64,000 bases of DNA from a virus. Its lineage: Duplodnaviria; Caudoviricetes. The notes beneath the pieces were generated by a model, which had not been told where the DNA came from, did not search any database, and saw only the letters and a list, made by a program, of their open reading frames with translations. A program made the position numbers and the translations under genes. Shown piece by piece: positions 20,453 to 30,045 of the stretch. Every line of letters begins with the position of its first letter. Positions within the stretch are counted from its first letter, which is position 1. The stretch spans positions 6,080 through 70,079 of IMG/VR virus record IMGVR_UViG_3300005611_000014; one strand, given 5' to 3'.

Positions 20453-22990
20453 CTATAAATAGTCATCGTCTATTCTTAAGTTATAATCATGATATACATC
20501 TATTACAGAGTACACGGTACTCGGTATATCTACCAGTTCAGTAGTTCGTTTGTAGAAGACTTCTGGCGTTTTATCCAGTATATACTTTGGACGCTTGGTT
20601 AGCAGTAAATAATTAATGTCTTTATCGCCCATTTCTAAAAACGCTTCTGCTTCCTCTAAAGCGTCTGCATATTCATTTAGTAAATCTTCATGCTTATTTA
20701 TTTCATTGTTAAAGTCATCTAAGTCATCGTAATATATTTCACTTAAAGCCATCATAGAAGCATTAAGTAGTAACATAGCATCTAGTGAAAAGTATCCTAA
20801 GTCTAGTACAGTAAAGTCACCAGTAATAGCTACAGTTATAATTGCAGCTAAAAGTAAAATAAAGGAGTTATCTATTCCTAACTCTTTAAGTATTATTTCT
20901 AGTACTTTGCTGGCAGCATACGTTATAAGTATATTAATAATAAGGTTAATTACAAAATTAAGTAAACCTGCAATACCTGCTCCTACCTCTGGTAATCCTG
21001 CTAAAGTAAAACCTACCATAATTACTACTTGTACAAGACGTAGAAAACTCGCATCCTGATACCACTTAACTTTAACTGAATCTTGTGCGTAGATTACAAA
21101 GCCTGCTGTGTCTCCTAGTACATCTAGTATATCTACTGCGGGTAATTTCATTAATTCCCCGTATAAAATAGGTAGATAGACACTACGATCTAAGTTTACA
21201 TCTCGCGTTGCTGCTGCGGCATCGTTAAGAGTACGTTTAACAAACCTATTCCATTTAGGCTGATACATATGCATCAAACCATGTACAGTTATTTCTTCAT
21301 ACGCAGTATCTGAAATCTGTTTACGTAAAACCATATATGCAGAAGACACACTATTATCTTCATTAGCTACATACTTGCGGCCAGGGGTAACATTGCCGTA
21401 CTTATCAAAACGTGCACGTACAAACTCTGTCTCTGTACCTTCTACTATAGTCTTTGTGCACGCTCCTACCGATCCAATTGAACCAGTAATAGTAACTTTA
21501 TCTATGTAATTACAAAGAAGAGTAACATTAAACTTTTTACTCTGTATTTGTATTTCATTTAGTAGTACGTCTTCCATAACTAGAAAATTATGTTGATACT
21601 CGTGGTTCTTTGTTGCACCAAAGTATTTAGCAGTCCAGTATGCCCATGAAGGATCACCGCTACCCACTTTTCCTACAAGTTTAGTAGAGAGTCTGTAATC
21701 CAGTTCTGCTTTCCAAACTAAATATTCTGCTTTAGTGGTACGCATTTTGTCTTTAAGGTAATCAAAGTACGTAAATAAATATTTTATTGTGGACTCTTGG
21801 TTTGTACCTACATCTGCAAAGTATCCGTAGTATATGTTACGCATAATACTAGGATCATTTCCGTTTTCTGTACTGCTTATAGCATTTAGTAAGTCATCTA
21901 GTTTAAAAGAAGTTCTTTTAAGGATGCTATCCGTACTACGATAAATAGCTTGCTTAGTAGGAAAGCGCCCATTAATTATACCGTAGGATTTATCTACAGT
22001 ATTTGGGTCATCCTCTACTGTTACCCAGTTTTCTTTTAACGGAACAATAGGTAAATACCCTAAACCGTTTACCGCAACACTAGTAGCCAAAGATAGTTCT
22101 TCGTCCGTAGGAGAGGTATAGTTAAATGCGTACATTCTTTCATGGCTCTCTCCATTTAACCTGTAAGCTACAACAGCATACATATCTTCCTCATTTAGAT
22201 ATGTGCCGGTATTGCCTTTAAAAGTAATACCATGTTTTCTCAAAGATAGCGCACCACTTCGCTGAGCAGCTAATCGTTCAGCGTAAGTCATGTTTTTATA
22301 TGTAGTTTCTAAAGCAGGCGTTAGTAAAACAATATCTACTGCAAAAGAACGAGATTTATATGTCTGCCCGCCTTGTACGTAAGTACGAGCGTATATCCCA
22401 TTTTTCCTGTAATACGTTACAGGGATGGTTTGACCTGCCACTGTGTACGATGTGTTTGCAGGAGGAGTCTTTATTAAGTAGTGAGTATAGGGAAAGCCAG
22501 CATCTACAAATTCAAGAGGTTTAACTACATTAACTTCGTTATCTTCAGGATTGATTGCATATTCTGTAAAAGTAGTAGATCGTCCTCCATACACAGAATC
22601 AAACAATGCGGCATAATTGCCTACAAAAGCATCCTCATCTGCAACGGGAAACAAAGAACTTATATAGAAATCAACAATAGTTACGGTATCGCCTACATGT
22701 TTAGCTTCAAGTGCAGGCTGAAGTACAGAAGTAAGATCTGTATCTGCAAACGTATCATACGAACGAGGTAAGCCAAGTAACGGATCATTGAGGGCTATGT
22801 TATATAGCTGTCTAGCTTTTGCTGCAGGCCCAGTACGTAAAAGATCTTTGTATACATATGAATGACCTGCTGGATGCAGCTTACCTTGTAAAGCCAATAA
22901 GGTAGCGTAATTAGGGAGGTCTTCGTTTTTTATTAAAGGAGAGGATACTACATCATAACTGGTTATTGTTTTACCGCCAAAAAAGCTCAT
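20453..22990 (-). CDS. Structural protein (N4 gp53-like) with a hydrophobic C-terminal region
   Basis: Starts MSFFGGKT. Contains YLPIVPL and VKVKWYQ followed by long hydrophobic segments and an acidic coiled tail. Synteny agrees. Confidence 0.7.
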   Translation of the reverse strand: MSFFGGKTITSYDVVSSPLIKNEDLPNYATLLALQGKLHPAGHSYVYKDLLRTGPAAKARQLYNIALNDPLLGLPRSYDTFADTDLTSVLQPALEAKHVGDTVTIVDFYISSLFPVADEDAFVGNYAALFDSVYGGRSTTFTEYAINPEDNEVNVVKPLEFVDAGFPYTHYLIKTPPANTSYTVAGQTIPVTYYRKNGIYARTYVQGGQTYKSRSFAVDIVLLTPALETTYKNMTYAERLAAQRSGALSLRKHGITFKGNTGTYLNEEDMYAVVAYRLNGESHERMYAFNYTSPTDEELSLATSVAVNGLGYLPIVPLKENWVTVEDDPNTVDKSYGIINGRFPTKQAIYRSTDSILKRTSFKLDDLLNAISSTENGNDPSIMRNIYYGYFADVGTNQESTIKYLFTYFDYLKDKMRTTKAEYLVWKAELDYRLSTKLVGKVGSGDPSWAYWTAKYFGATKNHEYQHNFLVMEDVLLNEIQIQSKKFNVTLLCNYIDKVTITGSIGSVGACTKTIVEGTETEFVRARFDKYGNVTPGRKYVANEDNSVSSAYMVLRKQISDTAYEEITVHGLMHMYQPKWNRFVKRTLNDAAAATRDVNLDRSVYLPILYGELMKLPAVDILDVLGDTAGFVIYAQDSVKVKWYQDASFLRLVQVVIMVGFTLAGLPEVGAGIAGLLNFVINLIINILITYAASKVLEIILKELGIDNSFILLLAAIITVAITGDFTVLDLGYFSLDAMLLLNASMMALSEIYYDDLDDFNNEINKHEDLLNEYADALEEAEAFLEMGDKDINYLLLTKRPKYILDKTPEVFYKRTTELVDIPSTVYSVIDVYHDYNLRIDDDYL

Positions 22991-23005
22991 GCATACCCAC
23001 TATAT

Positions 23006-23031
23006 AAGAAAATACCGGGTGTTACCCCGGT
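23006..23031 (-). terminator. Probable intrinsic terminator overlapping the end of the gp54-like gene
   Basis: On the minus strand: ACCGGG GTAACA CCCGGT followed by ATTTTCTT. Confidence 0.55.
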
Positions 23032-24149
23032 GTAGAATTAGCTAGATTTATTGCTGTACGTAAACTATTAATTACGTCATCTACGTTACCTTTATCTAAA
23101 CCGTCAGGAATAGGCACATCTGGGTTGTTACCTATAAGGATAGCGTAAGGATCAAGTAAAGCATTTAATAGTTTTTGTTTAGTATTAGATTCATACCCTT
23201 TACGTTGTTCTTCAAATAACTCTAACTGTTTACCTACAACACCACTTACTGCAGAAGCATCAGGTAATGTACTAGAGTGTTGTGCTTTCTCAGTATAGCG
23301 TTTGGCTTCAAGTAAACTAATTTCTTCAGTAATTTTACTTTGCTGAGCAATAAGCATATCAATCTCTTCTTGTACCTTGAGATTGTCATCATTCATGTGA
23401 ATGAGTTTCTTAGCTGCTATTAGTTCTTCTTGTATTCCTACTGCGTTCTGTGTACCTAGTAATGTAGTTTGTGCTGCAATTCTAGTATTCTCTGTAGCAA
23501 GATTAGAAGTTTCTGCTGCAACTTTAGCAGTTTGTGCGATTTTTAAATCTTCTTCCGCAGCAAGTACCGCTCTTTCTACAGGTTCTTTAAGCACTTGCTC
23601 TGCAGCAATAAGTAATTGTTGATCCAGTATTAAGTTTTCTTTACTTATTTTGGTAACTTCAGCATTAGTTTTATTGGTTCCCGCTATAACATCAGCTTCT
23701 TGTGCAATCTTAATAGCCTCTTCTTGAATAAGAATATTCCTTTCAAGAGGTTCTTTAAGTAGCTGTGCTTGCGCGATTGCATTTTGCGAATCCACTAATG
23801 CAATTTCAGAAAGCAGTTTTACGTTTTCATTAGTTTTTATTGTAGCTTCTAATGTTAAAAGATCACGTTCTAGCGCTTCTTTTAATAGTTGAGCATCAAC
23901 CAAATCTATTTGCTTTTGGGTTAATTCAGCTTGCTTATCTGCTTGCTGTTTACCTAATACAAACGCAACAGCTTGAGGAACTAATGCATTAACTGCGCCT
24001 AAATAAACATTTGCGTAGTCTGTACCTGTAATTCTAGCCTTCTTAAACTGCTCATCTAAGCTGACAGTTAAAGACTTCATTAGTACATCTAACGTACCTG
24101 TACCATTAAGTATATCGGTGGTTAGTTCAGCATTAGTTACCTCAGCCAT
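23022..24149 (-). CDS. Structural coiled-coil protein (N4 gp54-like)
   Basis: N-terminal GTGTLDVLMKS...RITGTDYANVY, a long heptad coiled coil, and GVVGKQLELF near the C-terminus. Confidence 0.75.
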   Translation of the reverse strand: MAEVTNAELTTDILNGTGTLDVLMKSLTVSLDEQFKKARITGTDYANVYLGAVNALVPQAVAFVLGKQQADKQAELTQKQIDLVDAQLLKEALERDLLTLEATIKTNENVKLLSEIALVDSQNAIAQAQLLKEPLERNILIQEEAIKIAQEADVIAGTNKTNAEVTKISKENLILDQQLLIAAEQVLKEPVERAVLAAEEDLKIAQTAKVAAETSNLATENTRIAAQTTLLGTQNAVGIQEELIAAKKLIHMNDDNLKVQEEIDMLIAQQSKITEEISLLEAKRYTEKAQHSSTLPDASAVSGVVGKQLELFEEQRKGYESNTKQKLLNALLDPYAILIGNNPDVPIPDGLDKGNVDDVINSLRTAINLANSTPG

Positions 24150-24151
24150 AT

Positions 24152-24697
24152 TTACTCTCCTGTTCCTTCAGCCATAGCTTGACGTTGAGCCAATTCTTTA
24201 AGCTCTTTAGGTGTAAGAGGAGGCAATACTTCAATAGCATAAGTATTAACTTGTTTGCTTCTAGTTACTTGGTTTCCATTAATCTTCTCAGTATAAAAAA
24301 CTAAGTGCTTTTTATTTTTAAGAACATTATAAATAATTTTAGGGACATGCCATGCAACATCAAATGGAATGTATTTCTTATGTGTACCAGACGCACTATT
24401 AGATGCAGTAATTAGCGTACCTTGCCACGCTTTTTTGTTTTGATCCATACAAGTTACACGGATACGTATTTGTGCTGTTTGTTCTTTAACTAGCTGCATA
24501 CGTCTTTGTTTTTTACTTAACTCAACGGGGGCTTCTTTAGTAGGTACATCTTCTTCTACTGCAGCATTAACTTTACTTTTTAATTTAGCTAAGCTGATAT
24601 TAGGGTGATAACTAATACCTAATTTATCTGCTCGTTCTTTTAGAGTTTCTAACTCGTCTTTTGTATTTTCAATTTCGTCAGTCATATGTGTATCCAT
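24152..24697 (-). CDS. Conserved virion-module protein (N4 gp55-like)
   Basis: ELETLKERADKLGISYHPNISLAKLKSKV (LEM/HeH-like), IRIRVTCMDQNKK, and the C-terminal LPPLTPKELKELAQRQ. Confidence 0.75.
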   Translation of the reverse strand: MDTHMTDEIENTKDELETLKERADKLGISYHPNISLAKLKSKVNAAVEEDVPTKEAPVELSKKQRRMQLVKEQTAQIRIRVTCMDQNKKAWQGTLITASNSASGTHKKYIPFDVAWHVPKIIYNVLKNKKHLVFYTEKINGNQVTRSKQVNTYAIEVLPPLTPKELKELAQRQAMAEGTGE

Positions 24698-24726
24698 CTT
24701 TTAAAAAGGGTGAAACCTTTGTTATT

Positions 24727-24757
24727 AAAATACCCTCCTACTTTTGTAAGAGGGTAT
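24727..24757 (-). terminator. Intrinsic terminator after the major capsid gene
   Basis: On the minus strand: ATACCCTC-TTAC AAAA GTAG-GAGGGTAT followed by TTTAAT. The capsid gene ends TAG TAG TAA. Confidence 0.7.
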
Positions 24758-24775
24758 CGGGATTAAAAATTACTA

Positions 24776-26098
24776 CTAGATTTCAGCAATAGTTTCTAAT
24801 AGTGCAATACGTTCTTCACGTAAAGACATGAAGCCATAGTACCACTTAATAGACATGAAACCTTTCTCACCGAATGGATCATGTGCACCATATGCTGTAT
24901 CAGACTCAGGCTTAACATGTTTAATTTTAAACTTAACCTGTTTACCGTCAGTCTGGAAACCAATGGTAGTAAATGATTGATCGCCAATCACTAACATCGG
25001 GAATACATCATAGCGACCACCTGTAGCACGATAACCTAAGTTAGCGCCTGTTTCTGCTGCACCAGCACTTGCCCAATGCATCATTTCAGGTACTACGATA
25101 ATACGGAAATCACCTACAGAACCAATTTCACCTCTAGCTAAAGTTGTACCGTCTGCATAGTGACGAGCAGCAACGAAAGCAGGATTGCCGAAAGTATCGG
25201 TCATCTTTTTAATAGTAGGAATTAGTTCACTACCTATGTGCATAAACAACGCATCATCGATGGTTTTCGTATCAATCATACGTGAACCAGTAATGATATT
25301 TGTATGCTTAGGGCAACGGTTATTATACAGGTCGATTGCAGTACGCATTAAATCTTCATACGTAATTAAAGATGGATCAGCACCTTCACCTGTGATTTCA
25401 GTACGATCAGCAGCAACACCGCCCCAACGATGAACACCCGCAGAGTTGAGTAAGTCAATCTGTAGCGTATCTTCGTTAATTTCGTTAGCTGCTAAAATCA
25501 TTTCACGACTAACATGCATTTCCAATTCAGCATCTGTATCGAATGCCAAACTTTCTGCAGTATACTCGTCAAAGATACCGTATTTAGCTATTGAGCCTTC
25601 TAGATCCAAGCGAGTAAAACCTACTCGGTTAACTCTACCGCCATTTTCAGACAAAGTAGGAAGTTTACCTGTAATACTGCCGACATCTTTAGATGACCCG
25701 TACAAGTTACCACCATTTTCTACAACAGAACCATTAACACCTGCTGCAGTACGTGCTTGACCTTCAGTTGGATACGAACCATCTGCGTTAGCACCAGCGC
25801 CATCAGTTTTACGAGTACCGTCATTTAAAAATGCATCGAAAGTGCCTGCAACAATTACTGCACCTGCAGCGTCTAAGCCTTGGTCGTTGACGTTACGATC
25901 ATCAAGAATAGGCATGTAGTGATACTGCTTAATCTTCTTACCCATATGCTTAGGCATAGTGCGTACATCTGCTTTCTGCGAGAAGTACTGTTCTTTTGCA
26001 GCTTCTTGTAAAGCTTTTGCGTAGTACAAGTCGGTTCTAAATTGTGAGCCTACACTGGATTGTGAACCCCCAGCAGGGTCTTTATATTGCATAGTCAT
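24776..26098 (-). CDS. Major capsid protein (N4 gp56-like)
   Basis: MPKHMGKKIKQYHYMPILDDRNVNDQGLDA, NLYGSSKDVG, LPTLSENGGRVNRVGF and DPFGEKGFMSIKWYYG are typical N4-type capsid motifs. Confidence 0.95.
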   Translation of the reverse strand: MTMQYKDPAGGSQSSVGSQFRTDLYYAKALQEAAKEQYFSQKADVRTMPKHMGKKIKQYHYMPILDDRNVNDQGLDAAGAVIVAGTFDAFLNDGTRKTDGAGANADGSYPTEGQARTAAGVNGSVVENGGNLYGSSKDVGSITGKLPTLSENGGRVNRVGFTRLDLEGSIAKYGIFDEYTAESLAFDTDAELEMHVSREMILAANEINEDTLQIDLLNSAGVHRWGGVAADRTEITGEGADPSLITYEDLMRTAIDLYNNRCPKHTNIITGSRMIDTKTIDDALFMHIGSELIPTIKKMTDTFGNPAFVAARHYADGTTLARGEIGSVGDFRIIVVPEMMHWASAGAAETGANLGYRATGGRYDVFPMLVIGDQSFTTIGFQTDGKQVKFKIKHVKPESDTAYGAHDPFGEKGFMSIKWYYGFMSLREERIALLETIAEI

Positions 26099-26110
26099 AG
26101 TTATTCACCT

Positions 26111-27208
26111 TTACACGTATTTTGACCAATCCAAGTTATCTAACTCTTCTGGTGAAAGAGATAGAGGATTGAATGGCGTTTGTTCAGTTTTAGTGGTTCT
26201 ACCTCCGGTTAAGGAAGCTTCTTTTTTTCGATTTCTTAGCTTAGGGTCTACACTTTTCTTCTGTGCAGGTTTTACTTTTACTTTCGCAGGTATACGTTGT
26301 TTCTGTGCCTGTTCATGTAAAGCTTCACCTACATACTTATACGCTTCTAAGTCAGTCATACCCTTAAGGTTTCCTAGAAGTTTTTGCTTCTCCATAGCTT
26401 CCGTGATTTGCGCATACGTTCCGTTGTCTACATGCTCATTGATCACTTCAATCATGTGAGGGTTCTGTACAAGTACTTGTTTACTAGCTGTATCCCACTT
26501 ATTGCTAACAATATCTATAGTTTCGCTATAAGAAGCAGTGTCTCTAATATTTGAGAGTACTTCTTCTAGTTCTAACTCAGAATCACTAGTAGTGTAAGTT
26601 TCTGGTGTATACTCGCTATTTTCGGATAAATCCAAATCGAAAGGATCTACGCCCGATTCTTTAAAGAATTTAGCTATTGCTTCAGGTTTCTTCTTACTTA
26701 AGTCTATAAGTAAGTTTAGTTTGTCCTGATCCAATAAATCATTCTTCTCTAGTGTTTTTAATACTTTTAAAGACGGCTTAAGTGCAGACATTTTCTTGCT
26801 ATAGTTAGCGCCCATTTGCATTAAACGAACTGCTTCTTCAGCATTATCTATCTTTACGGTTTTACCATTTGCTTTAAAAGGACTAAACACCTTTTCATAT
26901 TCCGCTTTATAGTCTACTTCGTTTGAATCAGTATCTTCTACTTCTTCATCAGTATCTTCAGCGCCATCTATATTTTCGTCTACTTCTTCTTCAGAATCAA
27001 TACCTTCGTCCTGTTCCTCAGAAGCTTCTTCTTCTTCTGTCTCAGTATCCTCTTCCGCATCAGTACTTACTTCCTCTTCTTCAGTAAGTGTTTCTTCTTC
27101 TTCCGAGTCTACTATTGCTTCTTCTGTATCCGTTTCTACTGTATCGCCTGAAAGTATAGCTTCGTCAATTTGTTCTTCAGTCATTGCTAAAGGACTTAGT
27201 TCACCCAT
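26111..27208 (-). CDS. N4 gp57-like protein (probable scaffolding protein; often annotated as tape measure)
   Basis: Very acidic N-terminus, PFKANGKTVKIDNAEEAVRLMQMGANYSKKM, directly upstream of the capsid gene. Confidence 0.8.
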   Translation of the reverse strand: MGELSPLAMTEEQIDEAILSGDTVETDTEEAIVDSEEEETLTEEEEVSTDAEEDTETEEEEASEEQDEGIDSEEEVDENIDGAEDTDEEVEDTDSNEVDYKAEYEKVFSPFKANGKTVKIDNAEEAVRLMQMGANYSKKMSALKPSLKVLKTLEKNDLLDQDKLNLLIDLSKKKPEAIAKFFKESGVDPFDLDLSENSEYTPETYTTSDSELELEEVLSNIRDTASYSETIDIVSNKWDTASKQVLVQNPHMIEVINEHVDNGTYAQITEAMEKQKLLGNLKGMTDLEAYKYVGEALHEQAQKQRIPAKVKVKPAQKKSVDPKLRNRKKEASLTGGRTTKTEQTPFNPLSLSPEELDNLDWSKYV

Positions 27209-27219
27209 GCTAATTCTCC

Positions 27220-27555
27220 TTATTGACGTAACTCTTCTAGAGCTTCTTCATTATCAACAAGGGCTTTATCTGCCATGTCACCTTGAACCAGAACGCTTCT
27301 AAAAAACTGTTGTAATTCCCCTACAGCGATTATTGCGTTGTCTAATCTGCGTTGATCCGCAGGATCTTCTTGGCTAGGTTCTGCTTTCATTAAAACCAAG
27401 TTAGAAGCGTATGTTTTAAAGTACCCTTCTACAATTACTTCCGTGAAGTCAGTATTTTTAGTTAAACGGTTTAAGGCATCTCGCATTTGAATTTTAGCTT
27501 TAGCCTGTTTCATGGATAGTTCTACTTTTTCTAACTCGGTGCTTGCGTGTTCCAT
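27220..27555 (-). CDS. Conserved hypothetical protein (N4 gp58-like)
   Basis: DALNRLTKNTDFTEVIVEGYF motif. Lies between portal and gp57-like genes. Confidence 0.75.
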   Translation of the reverse strand: MEHASTELEKVELSMKQAKAKIQMRDALNRLTKNTDFTEVIVEGYFKTYASNLVLMKAEPSQEDPADQRRLDNAIIAVGELQQFFRSVLVQGDMADKALVDNEEALEELRQ

Positions 27556-27596
27556 AGTGTATTCCTTCGTGTGTCCTCGATAATCGAGATAGTAGT

Positions 27597-29732
27597 TTAT
27601 TTAAGTTTAGATATGCTTTCTTTTAGTGCAGCTAATGCCATATTAGCTCTTGCTTGTTCCCCTTGCTTTTCTAACTCCCTAGCTTGAGTGGTTCCTGTAC
27701 GTTGTTCTACAAAATCCAAATCAAGTTTATCTGCGGTACTGCTTAACATTTTCTGTTTAGCTTGCTCTGTTCCTGCTTTAGTTTGGTTAAGTATAGCAGT
27801 AGATTGAGACTCGTAAGCTTTTCCTGATATTTGCTGTATCTGTGCTTTAAGTAATTCTACTTCTAGCATAGCTTTTTCCTGCTCTATAGGATCAGGTTGA
27901 GGCTGGTACATTTTAATCTTTTTAGACAACTCTGGCATTTTACGCAAATCTGCTATTTCCGCTAAAACCAGTTGTATCATTTCTAAGCCTAGTGTTTGCC
28001 CGGTAGTTTGTAGCATGAAAGCCAATTGTTCCGCTTTAGCATTATCTGTTTCAGCCGTACTAATAGTCAGTCGTATATCAATAGATCCTGCTAAATCTTC
28101 ACTGTCTATCTGTTCAAACTCTTCATTAGTTATACGTACTACTTCTGGTTCATCTAAAAATACAGCATTCATCGCTGTAAATTGTCTACCTACCTCTATA
28201 ATACCCTCTGCTAAACGTAAAAGGATTTCTAGGTCACGTTTACTGGTGGCATCAAGTGCACTACGAACACCAGTAGCAGTATTACCTAATGCTCCACCGC
28301 TTATACCATTATGGAAAGCTTTTACTCCGGTAAGTCCTTCTGCTTCGTTGTTTTGGATATTGAGCATATATTCAGCAGAACGAGGAATATCAGCAAACTT
28401 ATGAATAAAGAAAGCTCTTTCAGGATGCGTATTCGGGTTAAATTCATAATCCTCTCCTGCTTTGTACCTTTTAAGGTTTGTGTAATCTAGAGCATCTTTG
28501 GCTACACCTCGTTGACCGTTGGCATTTTTAGCCATTAAATCAACCATACCTCTAGTAACAGCCCCAATTACTTTTTGATTATCTTCAAGTAATTCTCCAT
28601 CAGGCTCTCCATAAACAGAGTCCTCTACAGGAAGATAAGGAACCACAACAAAAGGTAATTTGCCGTGAGGATATGGATTGTCTGCCAAACGAATTAATAC
28701 ATCTCCAACAAAACTAGCAACGATAGGTTTAGTTACGCCTGAACCATCTATATCCCAGTAACCCCAATACTCATGTACTACTATTTTCTTTCTAGGTTTA
28801 TCCTTAAACATAAAGCTAGAAGGATTAGCTAATTCTGTCGTGCTTGCACTAAGAGGAGAAGCGTTATCTATATTTATATATTCCAAGTTTGAATATATAC
28901 CTGCCTCTTGTAAGGCACTTAGTGAAGACTCAAACTGATCAATAATAAAATTAGCTTTTGTATAATCCCCTTCACAAGTTGGATCAATAATAACATTACG
29001 CAGTGGTCTAATTTCAGCAGTAGGATGGTTAGCTATTACCGTTACTTTGTCTACTTCCTGTTCTCCTATTTGTACAGGAATATACGGTACACCGTCTGCC
29101 ATAGATAACTGTATAGCATCTACAACATATTTATCTTGCTTACGTTCAAAAGTAATAGGATCAGCTTGGTAAGCTTGTATTACTTCTTCTAAATACGCTA
29201 TATATTGTTCGTCATCAGTTTCTTCAAACTGGTAAATAGGTTCTATTACCTTCTCTACTTTATCTTTATATACCCAGCCTGTTTTAATAATACTTGTTCC
29301 TTTATTAACAGCACTTCTTACATACTTATTAATAAAAGGTACTTTACGTAATTTATTATTAAACTGGTGATTAAGAACTAATTCATTCTGTTTAGCTGCA
29401 CGTACATCTTCGTAAGTAACAGGATCTGCTTTGAAGATATTAACGCTACTTAAGAAAGGTTCAGATAAAGCAGAGTATCTCCATTCTGCCTGCTTACGTA
29501 TAAGCTTAGGTTGAATAGTGGATTTATTTTTAGGTATTTTTACTTCAGCAGAAAGTGTACCTTTTAAATTTTCTTCCCACTTAACGACTTTAGAAACCAC
29601 GTTACTGTGATCTGCTTCAGCAGAAGTTAAATCTGCTTTTAAATCTGTAAGAGCTGGCGGATTATTCCACCCAGTAGGATGTATCGCAGGAGCTTGCTCT
29701 AACCGTTTATCTTTATTTAAAGGTTTTGACAC
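27597..29732 (-). CDS. Portal protein (N4 gp59-like)
   Basis: PKLIRKQAEWRYSALSEPFL, EYWGYWDIDGSG, LPFVVVPYLPVEDSVYGEPDGELLEDNQKVIGAVTRGMVDLM. Confidence 0.93.
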   Translation of the reverse strand: MSKPLNKDKRLEQAPAIHPTGWNNPPALTDLKADLTSAEADHSNVVSKVVKWEENLKGTLSAEVKIPKNKSTIQPKLIRKQAEWRYSALSEPFLSSVNIFKADPVTYEDVRAAKQNELVLNHQFNNKLRKVPFINKYVRSAVNKGTSIIKTGWVYKDKVEKVIEPIYQFEETDDEQYIAYLEEVIQAYQADPITFERKQDKYVVDAIQLSMADGVPYIPVQIGEQEVDKVTVIANHPTAEIRPLRNVIIDPTCEGDYTKANFIIDQFESSLSALQEAGIYSNLEYINIDNASPLSASTTELANPSSFMFKDKPRKKIVVHEYWGYWDIDGSGVTKPIVASFVGDVLIRLADNPYPHGKLPFVVVPYLPVEDSVYGEPDGELLEDNQKVIGAVTRGMVDLMAKNANGQRGVAKDALDYTNLKRYKAGEDYEFNPNTHPERAFFIHKFADIPRSAEYMLNIQNNEAEGLTGVKAFHNGISGGALGNTATGVRSALDATSKRDLEILLRLAEGIIEVGRQFTAMNAVFLDEPEVVRITNEEFEQIDSEDLAGSIDIRLTISTAETDNAKAEQLAFMLQTTGQTLGLEMIQLVLAEIADLRKMPELSKKIKMYQPQPDPIEQEKAMLEVELLKAQIQQISGKAYESQSTAILNQTKAGTEQAKQKMLSSTADKLDLDFVEQRTGTTQARELEKQGEQARANMALAALKESISKLK

Positions 29733-30022
29733 GTTTCACCTACTATTAAATTAACTGTTACGGAATCACTACGAGTAGCAGTAGTATACTCTAATTTGAT
29801 AACTTCTACTCCTTGCGCTAAACCAGTTACTCTAACTCCCACGATAGATTTAAATCCTTTAAGGTTATCGCTAATAATCCCGTTCTCTATGGTAGTTAAA
29901 GCATTTAAAGCAGAAGGTACTAGACTAAGTATATCTTCTCCTTGTGCCCACTCGTATAAGTCTAATGTATACAAGTCGGTTTTACCTATTTTTAAACTCT
30001 TATGCCAAGTAAGTGTATACAT
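29717..30022 (-). CDS. Hypothetical small beta-rich protein at the distal end of the inserted cassette
   Basis: 101-aa ORF overlapping the portal start, with a plausible Ig-like strand pattern. Function not recognised. Confidence 0.55.
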   Translation of the reverse strand: MYTLTWHKSLKIGKTDLYTLDLYEWAQGEDILSLVPSALNALTTIENGIISDNLKGFKSIVGVRVTGLAQGVEVIKLEYTTATRSDSVTVNLIVGETCQNL

Positions 30023-30045
30023 TAAATTGTCCTGATTGACTCATG

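Noticed and set aside
24770-24778. Capsid readthrough or frameshift extension, as in T7 gp10B
   Set aside because: The gene ends TAG TAG TAA followed by a terminator, with no open extension.
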